From NCBI GenBank assembly GCA_038245295.1, contig JBBRSP010000007.1, positions 128,001-192,000 of the forward strand: DNA of 64,000 nt, written 5' to 3'. How positions within the stretch are numbered: the stretch's first letter is position 1; the number at the start of each line of letters is the position of its first letter. The translations under genes and the position numbers were made by a program. This document shows, one piece after another, positions 28,313-38,315 of the stretch. The notes below the pieces were generated by a model, which saw only the letters and a program-made list of their open reading frames with translations, had not been told where the DNA came from and searched no databases. The DNA is from Candidatus Binatia bacterium (GTDB lineage: Bacteria > Desulfobacterota > Binatia > HRBIN30).

Positions 28313-29278
28313 TCAAATGATCAACGCGGCCTTGCCGGTGACGCGACGGCCCAGCTGATCGTGCAGGGCGCGCGCCGCATCGGCGAGCGCATACTCGTGC
28401 GGGGCGATGGGCGACAGTTTGCGGTCGCCGATCTGCTGCAACACGTCGCGCAGCAGGGCACGGTTGGCGTCCGGGTCAGACATCGACCAGGCTCCCCAGT
28501 CAACACCGATCACCGATCGATTGCGCAGCAGGATGTGATTGAGCGGCAGACGTGGGATGGGTCCGGCGGCAAACCCGATCACCAGGAAGCGGCCCCCTGG
28601 AGCTAATACACGCAGGCCAACCTCCGAGAGATCACCACCGACGGGATCATACACAACGTCGATGGTTCCCAGCTGGCGAATTCGATCCTTCAGATCGCCG
28701 GCCGTCGAGTCGATCACCGCATCCGCACCGGCGGCCGCGGCGGCGACGCGTTTCTCCTCTGAGGAAGCGGCGGCGATGACACGTGCTCCCAACATCTTGC
28801 CGACATCGACGGCGGCTAGCCCGACACCGCCGCCGGCCCCGAACACCAGCAGGGTTTCACCAGCGCCGAGGGCGATCCGGCGCGTCAAAGCGAACCACGC
28901 GGTGCAATAACTCTGCATACACGTGGCGGCGCGCGCGAAGTCGAGCTCGGCTGGAATCTTCATCGCTTGCTCGGGGAAGACGGCGATCTGCTCAGCGAAT
29001 CCACCAAGCCCCGTCGTCGCCAAGACGCGATCACCGGCGGCAAACGCAGTCACACCGTCACCCACGGCGCTCACAACCCCGGCCACTTCGCTGCCGGGCG
29101 TAAACGGCAACGGCGGTTTGATCTGGTACTTGCCCATGACAAACAATCCGTCCACGAAGTTGACGCCGGCTGCTTTGACGTTGATGAGGATCTGCCCCGG
29201 CCGAGCTTCCAGCGCCGGTCGTTCTTCGATCTCGAGGAGATCCGGCGAACCGATCTCCGTGCAAACAACAGCGCGCAT
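28313..29278 (-). CDS. NADPH:quinone oxidoreductase (MDR family)
   Basis: AAGVNFVD, PFTPGSEVAG, GAGGGVGLAA, DPVGG, GFAAG; AGGAGG RBS. Confidence 0.92.
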   Translation of the reverse strand: MRAVVCTEIGSPDLLEIEERPALEARPGQILINVKAAGVNFVDGLFVMGKYQIKPPLPFTPGSEVAGVVSAVGDGVTAFAAGDRVLATTGLGGFAEQIAVFPEQAMKIPAELDFARAATCMQSYCTAWFALTRRIALGAGETLLVFGAGGGVGLAAVDVGKMLGARVIAAASSEEKRVAAAAAGADAVIDSTAGDLKDRIRQLGTIDVVYDPVGGDLSEVGLRVLAPGGRFLVIGFAAGPIPRLPLNHILLRNRSVIGVDWGAWSMSDPDANRALLRDVLQQIGDRKLSPIAPHEYALADAARALHDQLGRRVTGKAALII

Positions 29279-29306
29279 GGTGTCTCTCCTCCTGGCGCGG
29301 CTCGTC

Positions 29307-29921
29307 TCAGGCAAGCAGCGGAATCAGCTCAGGGAGTCTGGTGACGCGGATGTCGCCCGGTCCGTGCTCGCCAAAGCCGACAAAATGCATGCCCGCCGCC
29401 TGCGCCGCCTGTTGATCCGTCGGCGCGTCGCCGACATAGACGGCGCTGCCCGGCGCCACACCCATGGTCTGCAGACAGTGCAGCAGCATGTCGGGATGCG
29501 GTTTTGGGCGCGGCACGTCATTAATCCCGACGACGCATTCGAAGAGCGGCGCCAAACCAAACCGGCGCGCCACTTCGGCCGCGGTGAAACCTCGGTTAGT
29601 CGCCATGGCGAGGCGGTAGCGCGTTCGCAGCTGCGCCAGCGTCGCATGCAGATCGGCCATCGGCTGCATCATTAAGTAAAACGGCTCGTAGTCGGTGGCC
29701 AAGGCGACACGCCGGGCTTCGACGACGCGCTCCCTGTCATCACCAAACAAGCGTTCGAACAACTGCTGTGACGACAACTGGTGTCCGACACGCTCCAACT
29801 CCGCGGTCATCGGCGCGCAGCCGAGCGCGGCCAAGACAGCATTGTAATAGGCGACGTTGGCTGCGAGCGAGTCGAACAGCACCCCATCGCAATCGAAGAT
29901 GACCGCCTCGACCTGTTTCAT
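29307..29921 (-). CDS. HAD family hydrolase (phosphoglycolate-phosphatase-like)
   Basis: IFDCDGVLFDS, ATNR, KPHPD, YVGD; ATGA overlap with the upstream gene. Confidence 0.88.
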   Translation of the reverse strand: MKQVEAVIFDCDGVLFDSLAANVAYYNAVLAALGCAPMTAELERVGHQLSSQQLFERLFGDDRERVVEARRVALATDYEPFYLMMQPMADLHATLAQLRTRYRLAMATNRGFTAAEVARRFGLAPLFECVVGINDVPRPKPHPDMLLHCLQTMGVAPGSAVYVGDAPTDQQAAQAAGMHFVGFGEHGPGDIRVTRLPELIPLLA

Positions 29922-30460
29922 CGGCGTGTCGCTTGCGCAGTGCCCTTGTCGATCGGCGCGGGCGGCATCTGCAGTTGCCACAAGCTGCTGAGCTCGGGAT
30001 ACGTCACGGCAAACCAAAGACCCAGCGGACCGACGACAAACGCCACGAGGCCCGAGAACACACCGAGGGTATCCTTGAGAGTATTCGGGTCGTTCATGAT
30101 GACCGGATACAACAGGACAATCACGACATGGATCAGGAAGAAACCGAGCACGCCCAGACTGGTAGCAATCAGCATGCGGCGCGGCCGCAACCCTGGTGTG
30201 GCTACAATGAGCGCGACAAGCGGCATGAGCGCCATGGAGAGAGCGGTAAGCTGGATCTGCAGCGGCATCTCGATCCCGGCATGGCGAAAGACTTCCTTGT
30301 TCGGACCGTATTCCAGAAACCACCCATTGAGGTACGGGCTCACCACGGCGGCGCACGCCAAGACGGCATTGCGATAGGCGCCGGCGACATCGACGGCGTG
30401 CCACACACCCACCATGACGGCAAAACTTCCGAGGAACAGCAGAGCGAAACGTCCCTTCAT
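29918..30460 (-). CDS. Exosortase-associated membrane protein (exosortase H-associated-like)
   Basis: Multi-TM protein with P(L)VALIVATPG..RR..LG...H pattern; coupled (ATGA) to the exosortase gene. Confidence 0.65.
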   Translation of the reverse strand: MKGRFALLFLGSFAVMVGVWHAVDVAGAYRNAVLACAAVVSPYLNGWFLEYGPNKEVFRHAGIEMPLQIQLTALSMALMPLVALIVATPGLRPRRMLIATSLGVLGFFLIHVVIVLLYPVIMNDPNTLKDTLGVFSGLVAFVVGPLGLWFAVTYPELSSLWQLQMPPAPIDKGTAQATRR

Positions 30461-30939
30461 CGACGCGCCCACTCCACCCAGGTAATCGAGTAGAGAGTCA
30501 CCATCATCAGGAAGATTCCCTGCCACACATACTCGTGGAAGTAGACGAACATCGATGGGTAGTACTCCACGAGTCGTACAAGCGTGGCGATGCGCAGAAT
30601 GTTCACCAACGTCAGAGCGACGATGCCGACGGCAATCCCGGCGAGCCGCATGCCCCAACGCGCCGGGTAGGCGACGATGAAACTGATGAGCACGAAGAAA
30701 ACGAAAATGCCGGTGCACTCGTGGTTGATGTTCAGGCTCATGCCCTGAACGCTGATGTAGTTCCCGTCCACTATTTGCGCTGGGCTGCCGGTAAGGCGCG
30801 CCAACCACGTTGATGCGGCAGCGATGGATTCTTCGAGCAAACGGAGATGGTTCTGCAGGTCGACGACCACCGCGAAGACGCTGAAGCCCAGAAGGCATAA
30901 GAAGAAGACGGCAGCAAAGCGGCTGATCGAGCGATTCAT
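30457..30939 (-). CDS. Exosortase/archaeosortase family protein (XrtH-like)
   Basis: Cys-Arg-His triad motifs INHECTG, VNILRI, FHEYVWQ; AYP motif; short multi-TM protein. Confidence 0.85.
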   Translation of the reverse strand: MNRSISRFAAVFFLCLLGFSVFAVVVDLQNHLRLLEESIAAASTWLARLTGSPAQIVDGNYISVQGMSLNINHECTGIFVFFVLISFIVAYPARWGMRLAGIAVGIVALTLVNILRIATLVRLVEYYPSMFVYFHEYVWQGIFLMMVTLYSITWVEWARR

Positions 30940-31103
30940 GAAGTGCCGAACCTAGTCGGTGTGGCAACCGGCGGCAAGCGATCACCCGCGCCCGCGTACA
31001 AACGGTAGGGGTCTAAGCTACAACGTACAGGTGCGCTCCGAAGCGGATGTGAATCTGTTCCCGTCGCAGGGTCGGTAAACACGCAACAGGATCGTGTGTG
31101 AAC

Positions 31104-31137
31104 AAGGGGCGCGGATGGCAAATCCGCGCCCCTTTGT
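31104..31137 (+). terminator. 13-bp hairpin with short T tract upstream of the TauE-family gene
   Basis: AAGGGGCGCGGAT-GGCAA-ATCCGCGCCCCTT-TGT. Confidence 0.55.
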
Positions 31138-31153
31138 GCTCTAGTCCGGCCCA

Positions 31154-31915
31154 ATGTCCGAAGCCCTGGCATGGTTTGGCTTCACGCCCGTCGAGGCGTT
31201 GGCGGCGACGCTCGTCCTGTTCGTCGCGGCGCTCGTGCGGGGCTTCGGGGGCTTCGGTTTTTCGATGGTGGCCGTGACCGGGATGTCGTTGTTCTACCCA
31301 CCGGCGCACGTCATTCCGATGGTGTTGTTGCTGGAGGTCCTCGCCAGTGTGCACATGCTGCCGAGTACCTGGCGCCATATCGACTGGCATTCCCTACGTT
31401 GGCTATTGATGGGTGCGCTGATCGCCACACCGCTGGGCGTGTGGGCCCTGGCAATCGCACCGCCCAACGCGATGCGCGCCGTAGTTTCGCTAGCCGTACT
31501 GGTCGGCGCGATCGCCCTGCGCAGCGGTTGGAAACCTCAGCGCGCCCCCAGCAACGGAGAGATTCTGGCCGCCGGTGCGTTATCCGGCCTTCTCAACGGC
31601 GCCGCTTCCATCGGCGGGCCGCCGGTAATTCTCTTCTACTTCTCGTCGCCGGCGGCAATCAGCGTGTCGCGAGCATCCTTAATCGCCTATTTCATGTTCA
31701 GCGACATCATCGCCCTGGGTTGGGGTAGCGTCTTCGGTCTACTCGACGGCAGCGCTGTCTCGAGAGCCTCGCTGCTCGCCATCCCGGTCGCCGCAGGTAT
31801 CGCCCTCGGTCAGCACCGCTTCCGCGCAACGGAGGCCGATGCTTTCCGGCGCGCCGTCTTACTCATCCTGATCGTGCTCTCCGCGCTCGGCGTCGGGCGG
31901 GCCCTCCTCGGCTAA
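31154..31915 (+). CDS. Sulfite exporter TauE/SafE family permease
   Basis: VRGFGGFGFS and SGLLNGAASIGGPP motifs; about 8 TM helices. Confidence 0.88.
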   Translation: MSEALAWFGFTPVEALAATLVLFVAALVRGFGGFGFSMVAVTGMSLFYPPAHVIPMVLLLEVLASVHMLPSTWRHIDWHSLRWLLMGALIATPLGVWALAIAPPNAMRAVVSLAVLVGAIALRSGWKPQRAPSNGEILAAGALSGLLNGAASIGGPPVILFYFSSPAAISVSRASLIAYFMFSDIIALGWGSVFGLLDGSAVSRASLLAIPVAAGIALGQHRFRATEADAFRRAVLLILIVLSALGVGRALLG

Positions 31916-31930
31916 CAAAGCGGGCGTCGA

Positions 31931-32809
31931 TCAGGCAAGCTCGCCACGAGCGCTGAGAATCACGCGCCCACCAACCTCCACGGTAACAGCCCCGGCGTCG
32001 CGTCGCGCTTTGACGCGCAAGAGTGATGGACGGTTGATCTCGTAACCCTGCTCGACATTCACATCGACCACGTCTGTCTCGAGGTGTTCGAGGAGGTAGC
32101 GACCGAGGCAGGCATTGGCGCTGCCGGTGGCCGGATCTTCCGGAATGCCGAATACGTCGGCGAACAAGCGGGCATGTAGGTGATTTTCTGCGGCAATGGC
32201 TTCGCGACAGAACAGGAAGATGCTCGGGTGAAACCCAAGATGCGCGACGCGATCGTAGGCAACGCGATCGAAGCGCGCTCGCCGCACCCCTTCGAGGTGA
32301 CGCACCGGGATGAATGTGAAATTGACGCCGACCGACATCTCTTGCACGGGAAGATCGGAGTCGAGATCGACCGGCGCCAGCCCGATGACCGGCGCCAGCG
32401 TGGCGCCATCGAGCACGCGTTGCAAACTAACGTCGGGGGAACGCAGCCACGCCAGATCCGCCCCGTCGGCGCGTGGCTTGAATGTTACCGGGACCCGGCC
32501 GATCTTCAGATCGAGATCAATCGTCGTCGCCTGCGATGCCAGCTCGCTACGGATGACCCACGCTGTTCCAAGTGTGGGATGGCCGGCAAAGGGCATCTCA
32601 CCGGCGGGCGTAAAGATGCGCACGGCATACCCCTTGGGGCTCGGCTGCTTGGAAAGAACAAAAGTCGTCTCTGAGAAGTTGGTCTCGCGGGCGATGCGCT
32701 GCATCTCCTCGGTTCCGAGCCCTTCACAATCTAGAACGACGGCGAGCTGGTTACCGGCCCACTTCTCTTCCGCAAAGACATCGACGATCACAAAGCGACG
32801 CATCTCCAA
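31931..32809 (-). CDS. PhzF family isomerase/epimerase
   Basis: VDVFA..GNQLAV, NFSETTF, RIFTP..EMPFAGHPTLG, EDPATGSA. Confidence 0.92.
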   Translation of the reverse strand: MEMRRFVIVDVFAEEKWAGNQLAVVLDCEGLGTEEMQRIARETNFSETTFVLSKQPSPKGYAVRIFTPAGEMPFAGHPTLGTAWVIRSELASQATTIDLDLKIGRVPVTFKPRADGADLAWLRSPDVSLQRVLDGATLAPVIGLAPVDLDSDLPVQEMSVGVNFTFIPVRHLEGVRRARFDRVAYDRVAHLGFHPSIFLFCREAIAAENHLHARLFADVFGIPEDPATGSANACLGRYLLEHLETDVVDVNVEQGYEINRPSLLRVKARRDAGAVTVEVGGRVILSARGELA

Positions 32810-32952
32810 CCTCCTCGAAGATGCTGCAACGTGTCACGCCGTGGCGCCATCGGGAAGGTCCCAGGCAACGCAGCGTTGCTACAGATGTGGAGCGGGACAT
32901 GGGATTGTTTGGCAATTTTGAAATGTGGCCATTTTCCATTTGGCTATTTCGT

Positions 32953-34443
32953 CTAGCGAACCTGCACATCATATTGGCCGGAGACCGACACCAGAGCTCG
33001 ATAACCGCCTTCGACCGGCACGAGTGTCACCGCACCACCGCCGGTGACGACGGGTGTGCGTTCGCCGCGCGCTGGCACCCAGAGATCGAGTGTACCGACG
33101 CCTTCGCCCTGGACGCGCATCGTAGCGGCGTCGCCGTCGCTTTCGAGCGACTTGATGTGTCCCGGCGCGGCACGCGGGAACGGGCGTGAGACGATGGCCG
33201 CCCACTCGGGAACCGGCTCAAGGTCGACGTCACCAGGGCAGCTCGAATACAAGAAATGAGTCAGGTGCGACGGCGGCGTCCCGCCGGTGGAGCCGATGCT
33301 GTGTGGATCGCCGCAGGCCTGTTTCCATTGCCACCAGGCACTGCTGATCAGCAGGCGATCCTCTTCGCGCGCGTAGCGGATCAGGCGCGCCTTGTTATTG
33401 CCGGCATCACCGAACCAGCCGTATTCACCGATCCACAGAGTCGTACCGTAGGTGGCGGCGTCCTCGCTCGCACGTGCGAACAGTTGCTCGATGGTCAGCG
33501 AATTCAGACCCGTGATCGATTCGGCGTAGTTGTGAGGCGCATAGACAATGTTGGTGTCATCGGTGAAGGATGGGTCGGGTGCCGTCCCCGTTACGGGGAA
33601 GAGGGCGATCGGCTCGAAGAAGACGATATGCGAAAAGCCACCGGCCTGACGTTCAGCGGTACGAATCGCGTTGATCGCATGCGCCGAGTACGAGGCCAGC
33701 TTCGGCGTGCTGCCGACCAACGCCGCGCCGAAGTGGGGTTCGTTCAGGAGATCATAGCCGGCCACGGCCGGCTCCTTGGCGAAGTGGGCCGCCACGAATG
33801 CCCAGGCATGAACCAGCTCTGTCTGGATACCATCCCGGTCATCGTAGAAACTGGCGAACGCCGTACTGACAGCAGGAGCAAGCTCCCGCACACCGGCCGA
33901 ACGGCAGGTGCTACGGTTGTCGGTGATCGTCGCCCACTCCGGCGCGCCATCCCAACCGATCGCCGGCTCGCGACCCGCGGGACAGGTGGTACCCGGCGGC
34001 GAAGCGATATACTTGCCCCACGCGTCCTGGTGCATGTCGAGCACCACGTACACGCCCGCCGCCTTGGCCGTGGCCACGGCCCGACGAACCCTTTCCATAT
34101 ACGCCTCGTCGAACTGTCCACGCTGCGGTTCGACCGACGACCAACTGAGAATCAGGCGCACCCCGTTCAGCCCGAACGAGGCCATCCGCGGGAGGTCGCG
34201 GTCGTTGATCGGAATCACCTGGGGATAGGCCGGGTTGCCCTGGAAATAGTCGCCCAAGGAGTTGAGGTTCATCGAATGCAGCAGGACCTGGCGACCCTCG
34301 CTGTCGAAGATGCCGGGTGCCGCACCGCGCGTCGCATGCAGCGGCAGTAACTCCGGCAAGGCTGTCGAGGAACCCGACTCACCGTCGTCGCCGCAAGCGG
34401 CTAGAAGCAGCAAGAACACGAATAGCAATGAGCGAATGCGCAT
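32953..34443 (-). CDS. GH5 endoglycoceramidase-like lipoprotein
   Basis: Lipobox LLLAAC; LDMHQD, LLNEP (acid/base), IGEYG (nucleophile), RPFPRA..G C-terminal domain. Confidence 0.82.
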   Translation of the reverse strand: MRIRSLLFVFLLLLAACGDDGESGSSTALPELLPLHATRGAAPGIFDSEGRQVLLHSMNLNSLGDYFQGNPAYPQVIPINDRDLPRMASFGLNGVRLILSWSSVEPQRGQFDEAYMERVRRAVATAKAAGVYVVLDMHQDAWGKYIASPPGTTCPAGREPAIGWDGAPEWATITDNRSTCRSAGVRELAPAVSTAFASFYDDRDGIQTELVHAWAFVAAHFAKEPAVAGYDLLNEPHFGAALVGSTPKLASYSAHAINAIRTAERQAGGFSHIVFFEPIALFPVTGTAPDPSFTDDTNIVYAPHNYAESITGLNSLTIEQLFARASEDAATYGTTLWIGEYGWFGDAGNNKARLIRYAREEDRLLISSAWWQWKQACGDPHSIGSTGGTPPSHLTHFLYSSCPGDVDLEPVPEWAAIVSRPFPRAAPGHIKSLESDGDAATMRVQGEGVGTLDLWVPARGERTPVVTGGGAVTLVPVEGGYRALVSVSGQYDVQVR

Positions 34444-34593
34444 GGGGCGATCGAAACACAGAGGACCGGATCGATCAATGCGCCGTCTTCCCGGCGAAGG
34501 CCGCAAGCCCGACGCCGAACCGGTGTCCTGAGCGGCTAGTGCAAGGCGGCGCCGCGTTGACTCACGAACGTCGCCCCACTAGCGTCGGCACCG

Positions 34594-35766
34594 ATGCCCC
34601 AAGACGATTTCATCACCCGCGAACTGGCGGCACAGGCTGCCGCCGGGCTCAGCCGGCGCATGCGGACGGTCGATGGGCCACAGGACTCGTGGATCACGGT
34701 CGAAGGCAAACGGGCGTTGCTCCTGTGCTCCAACAACTACCTTGGCCTGGCCAACCATCCCGCTCTCATCGAAGCATCGCAACGCGCCGCCGCCGAATTC
34801 GGGGTCGGCTCCGGGGCTTCACGACTGATCTCCGGCTCGATGCGTTTGCATCATGATCTCGAGGAACGCCTGGCCGAGTTAAAACGGTGCGAACGCGCCT
34901 TGCTCTTCACGTCGGGCTATCAGGCAAACATTGGTGTCATCGGCGCCCTGGTCGGCAACAGCGACGCGGTCTTCAGCGATGAGCTCAATCACGCCAGCTT
35001 GATCGACGGCTGTCGCTTGTCGCGCGCTCGGGTGCACATCTATCCGCACTGCGACACCGAGGCGCTGGCCGAGCAACTGCGAACCAGCCAGGCACGTCGC
35101 AAACTGATCGTCACGGATTCGATCTTCAGCATGGATGGAGACACGGCCCCGTTGCGGAAAATTTGCACGCTCGCCGAGGAGCATGACGCGATGGTGTTGG
35201 TCGACGAGGCACACGCCACGGGCTGCATCGGGCCACACGGCGCCGGCGTTGTCGCCGCCGAGGGATTGCAGGATCGGGTCACCGTTCAAATGAGCACGTT
35301 GGGCAAGGCGCTCGGCACCTTCGGCGCGTTTGTGGCGGCGCGGCGGCCGATCATTGAACTGTTGGTGAACAAGGCCCGCAGCTTTATCTTCACCACAGCA
35401 CTGCCGCCGCCGATCGTGGCAGCCGCTCACGCCGGGCTCGATCTCGCCATTCGCGATGCGCCGCGGCGGCGACAGCTGGCCGACAATGCAGCGTTTCTAA
35501 CGCAGCAACTGCGCCAGAGCGGACTGCCGGTCGGCGAGGGAGCCTGTCACATCTTGCCCGTTCTGATCGGTGACTCGCGCCGCACCATGCAGCTCTCGGA
35601 GGCACTGCTCGATTCAGGTGTCTTCGTGCAGGGTATTCGACCACCCACCGTGCCCAACGGCACAGCTCGCCTGCGTATCACCGTAATGGCGACACACACC
35701 ACCGAAGACCTGCGCTTTGCCGTCAAAATGTTCCAGCGCGCCTTTGCCGCGGAGCAAGCGGCATGA
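34594..35766 (+). CDS. bioF: 8-amino-7-oxononanoate synthase
   Basis: CSNNYLGL, SGYQAN, DELNHASLIDG, FSMDGD, DEAHATG, TLGKALG, IRPPTVP. Confidence 0.95.
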   Translation: MPQDDFITRELAAQAAAGLSRRMRTVDGPQDSWITVEGKRALLLCSNNYLGLANHPALIEASQRAAAEFGVGSGASRLISGSMRLHHDLEERLAELKRCERALLFTSGYQANIGVIGALVGNSDAVFSDELNHASLIDGCRLSRARVHIYPHCDTEALAEQLRTSQARRKLIVTDSIFSMDGDTAPLRKICTLAEEHDAMVLVDEAHATGCIGPHGAGVVAAEGLQDRVTVQMSTLGKALGTFGAFVAARRPIIELLVNKARSFIFTTALPPPIVAAAHAGLDLAIRDAPRRRQLADNAAFLTQQLRQSGLPVGEGACHILPVLIGDSRRTMQLSEALLDSGVFVQGIRPPTVPNGTARLRITVMATHTTEDLRFAVKMFQRAFAAEQAA

Positions 35767-37124
35767 GTCGCCGCGCCAACCCCGAAGAGCTGGCGGCGTG
35801 GGACCACGCCTATCTGTGGCATCCCTTCACGCAGATGCAGGAGTGGATGGCGCAACCGCCGCTGATCATCGAGCGCGGCGAAGGGCCCTATCTCTACGAC
35901 GTGCACGGGCGCCGCTATCTCGATGGTGTGTCGTCGTTGTGGTGCAATGTCCACGGCCACCATCATCCGAAATTGGACGCCGCCCTTCGAGACCAGTTGG
36001 AACGCGTCGCCCACACGACGTTGCTCGGCTTGGCGAGCCCGCCATCCATCGAGTTGGCCAAACGCCTGGTCGAACTGGCACCACGCAACCTGACACGCGT
36101 CTTCTACTCCGACGCCGGCGCCACGGCAGTCGAAATCGCCCTCAAGATAGCCTTCCAATACCAGCAGCTGCGCGGCGAAACCCAACGCACCAGCTTTGCC
36201 TCACTGACCGAGGCGTACCACGGCGACACCATCGGGGCGATCAGTGTTGGTTACTCGGAGGCCTTCCATCGTCACTTCAAGCCGCTGCTCTTCCCCTGCC
36301 ACAAGCTAAACCCGCCGCATGTCTTTCGCTGGGAGCGGGGCATGGATGAATCCGCCGCTGTCGATGCGGCCGTAGCCGAAGCCGAGTTGCTGTTACGCGA
36401 GCATGGTCACGAACTCGCAGCCCTGATCATCGAGCCGGTGATGCAGGGTGCCGCCGGCATGTGGGTGCAGCCCGCCGGCTACGTGCGCGCGCTGCGTGAT
36501 CTGACCCAGCGCCATGACGTGCTGCTGATCTGCGACGAAGTGGCGACGGGCTTCGGCCGCACGGGAACCATGTTCGCCGTGGAGCAGGACGGCGTCGAGC
36601 CCGACCTCCTGTGCGTCGGCAAAGGCATCACCGGGGGATACCTACCCCTGGCCGCCACGTTTGCCAGCGACGAGATCTTTCAAGCGTTCGTCGCCCCCTA
36701 CGATCAGTTCAAAACCTTCTTCCACGGCCATACCTACACTGGTAATGCCCTCGCCTGCGCCGTCGCCCTTGCCAACCTCGAGGTGTTCGAGGAACAACAC
36801 GTGCTCGCCAACGTGGCTCGCAGGGCGACTCAGGTCGCCGACTACTTACAACACGAAATCAGCACCTTGGATCACGTCGGCGACATCCGACGGGCAGGTC
36901 TCATGGTGGGTATCGAACTCGTCAAAGACCGCCGGACCCGCAGCTCCTACGCAACCGCCGAACGCATGGGAATGCAGGTGACCTACGAGGCGCGCAAGCA
37001 TGGCGTAATCCTGCGACCGCTTGGAAATGTGATCATCTTGATGCCGCCGTTGTGCATCACGGAAGCCCAAACGGCCGATCTCTGCCGGGTCACCCGCGAC
37101 GCGATCGTCACCACCACCGTCTGA
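35763..37124 (+). CDS. bioA: Adenosylmethionine--8-amino-7-oxononanoate aminotransferase
   Basis: LWHPFTQM, SSLWCNVHGH, YHGDT, DEVATGFGRTG, GKGITGGYLP, LRPLG; ATGA overlap with bioF. Confidence 0.95.
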   Translation: MSRRANPEELAAWDHAYLWHPFTQMQEWMAQPPLIIERGEGPYLYDVHGRRYLDGVSSLWCNVHGHHHPKLDAALRDQLERVAHTTLLGLASPPSIELAKRLVELAPRNLTRVFYSDAGATAVEIALKIAFQYQQLRGETQRTSFASLTEAYHGDTIGAISVGYSEAFHRHFKPLLFPCHKLNPPHVFRWERGMDESAAVDAAVAEAELLLREHGHELAALIIEPVMQGAAGMWVQPAGYVRALRDLTQRHDVLLICDEVATGFGRTGTMFAVEQDGVEPDLLCVGKGITGGYLPLAATFASDEIFQAFVAPYDQFKTFFHGHTYTGNALACAVALANLEVFEEQHVLANVARRATQVADYLQHEISTLDHVGDIRRAGLMVGIELVKDRRTRSSYATAERMGMQVTYEARKHGVILRPLGNVIILMPPLCITEAQTADLCRVTRDAIVTTTV

Positions 37125-37285
37125 CAGCCCATACAACTGTCTCAATTTAAGGATAGTGGTGTCGCAATATTTTCCGGATTGCAGACATCCCTACAACTGC
37201 ATGAGGACACCTGCCCATTCGTAACAACCAAACGAACTCCGGCACGGCGCTTGCTGAGTAACACTACAGAGAAAGGAGCCGCAAA

Positions 37286-37447
37286 ATGCAACTTACCTAT
37301 CACGAACCGATGCCTGTGCGGCTGGAAGACCGATTCGCTCCCGAACAGACCCGCAATATCCCGTTCCTCGGGTTCGCCACGGCGACAGTCCTGAGTGCGG
37401 GGATCTGGGCCTGGGTTGTTTGGGCATTTTGGTCGGTTCTCGTCTGA
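37286..37447 (+). CDS. Small (53 aa) single-TM protein, below the ORF-track cutoff
   Basis: AAAGGAG RBS upstream of ATG 37286; MQLTYHEPMPVRLEDRFAPEQTRNIPFLGFATATVLSAGIWAWVVWAFWSVLV*. Confidence 0.65.
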   Translation: MQLTYHEPMPVRLEDRFAPEQTRNIPFLGFATATVLSAGIWAWVVWAFWSVLV

Positions 37448-37592
37448 GATCGAAGGTACAATGGTGTCGGGTGTGGCTGCTATGGCGGCCACCCCGACGA
37501 CCGTAACAGCCTGAGACCATAACTCCCCCCTCCCCGTTTCCCTTGCCCGAATTACCGGCGTTGCTAATCGTTGCAGCGCGAATCCCGGGTTC

Positions 37593-38315
37593 ATGGTTTT
37601 TAAAAGTCTTTTCGTCACCGGAACCGACACTGGTTCGGGCAAGACTACTGTTTCGTGCGCCATCTTGGCCGCACTAGCCGCGCGTGGGAAGCGGATCGGT
37701 GTGCTCAAGCCGGCCGAAACAGGATGTCTCCGTGGCGCTGACGGCACCCTGATTGCGGAAGACGCTGAGCGGTTGCGTTTCTTTGCTGGCCTTCAGCAAG
37801 ATCGACAGAGTGTCTGTCCGTATAAGATGAGCCAACCTCTGGCTCCCGTCGTGGCCGCCGGGTTGGACGGGATTACGATCGACCCGCAATATATCCGCAC
37901 CATCCACGACGGCCTGACGGCAACCCACGATCTTACCCTCGTAGAGGGCGCCGGCGGGTTGCTGGTTCCCCTGACAAGCTCGCTTACGTTTTGTGACTTT
38001 GCCGCCGCCTTGCACCTACCGGTTCTCATTGTCGTCGGCTCGAAGCTCGGCTGCATCAATCACGCACTGCTTACCTATCGGGCGGCGCGTGCCGCCGGAT
38101 TGCACGTAATCGGGTACGTGATGAATGCTCTCGCCGCGGAGGGCGACCTGTCGAGCCGGACAAACAGCGAAGTCCTCACCCAATGGCTGGGCCCACCATT
38201 GGGGCACCTGCCGTTTCTCGACACGATTGGGATGGACGAAACGTCACGGGCTCGGCTGGCCGCGGCGGCGGAAGCCAACCTCACCCTCGATCAACTCGGA
38301 AGTCGTCCTGGCTGA
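37593..38315 (+). CDS. bioD: Dethiobiotin synthetase
   Basis: FVTGTDTGSGKT, KPAETG, VEGAGGLLVP, LGCINHALL. Confidence 0.95.
   Translation: MVFKSLFVTGTDTGSGKTTVSCAILAALAARGKRIGVLKPAETGCLRGADGTLIAEDAERLRFFAGLQQDRQSVCPYKMSQPLAPVVAAGLDGITIDPQYIRTIHDGLTATHDLTLVEGAGGLLVPLTSSLTFCDFAAALHLPVLIVVGSKLGCINHALLTYRAARAAGLHVIGYVMNALAAEGDLSSRTNSEVLTQWLGPPLGHLPFLDTIGMDETSRARLAAAAEANLTLDQLGSRPG

Noticed and set aside
31931..32809. Phenazine biosynthesis cluster
   Set aside because: A lone PhzF-family gene with no phzA/B/D/E/G nearby.
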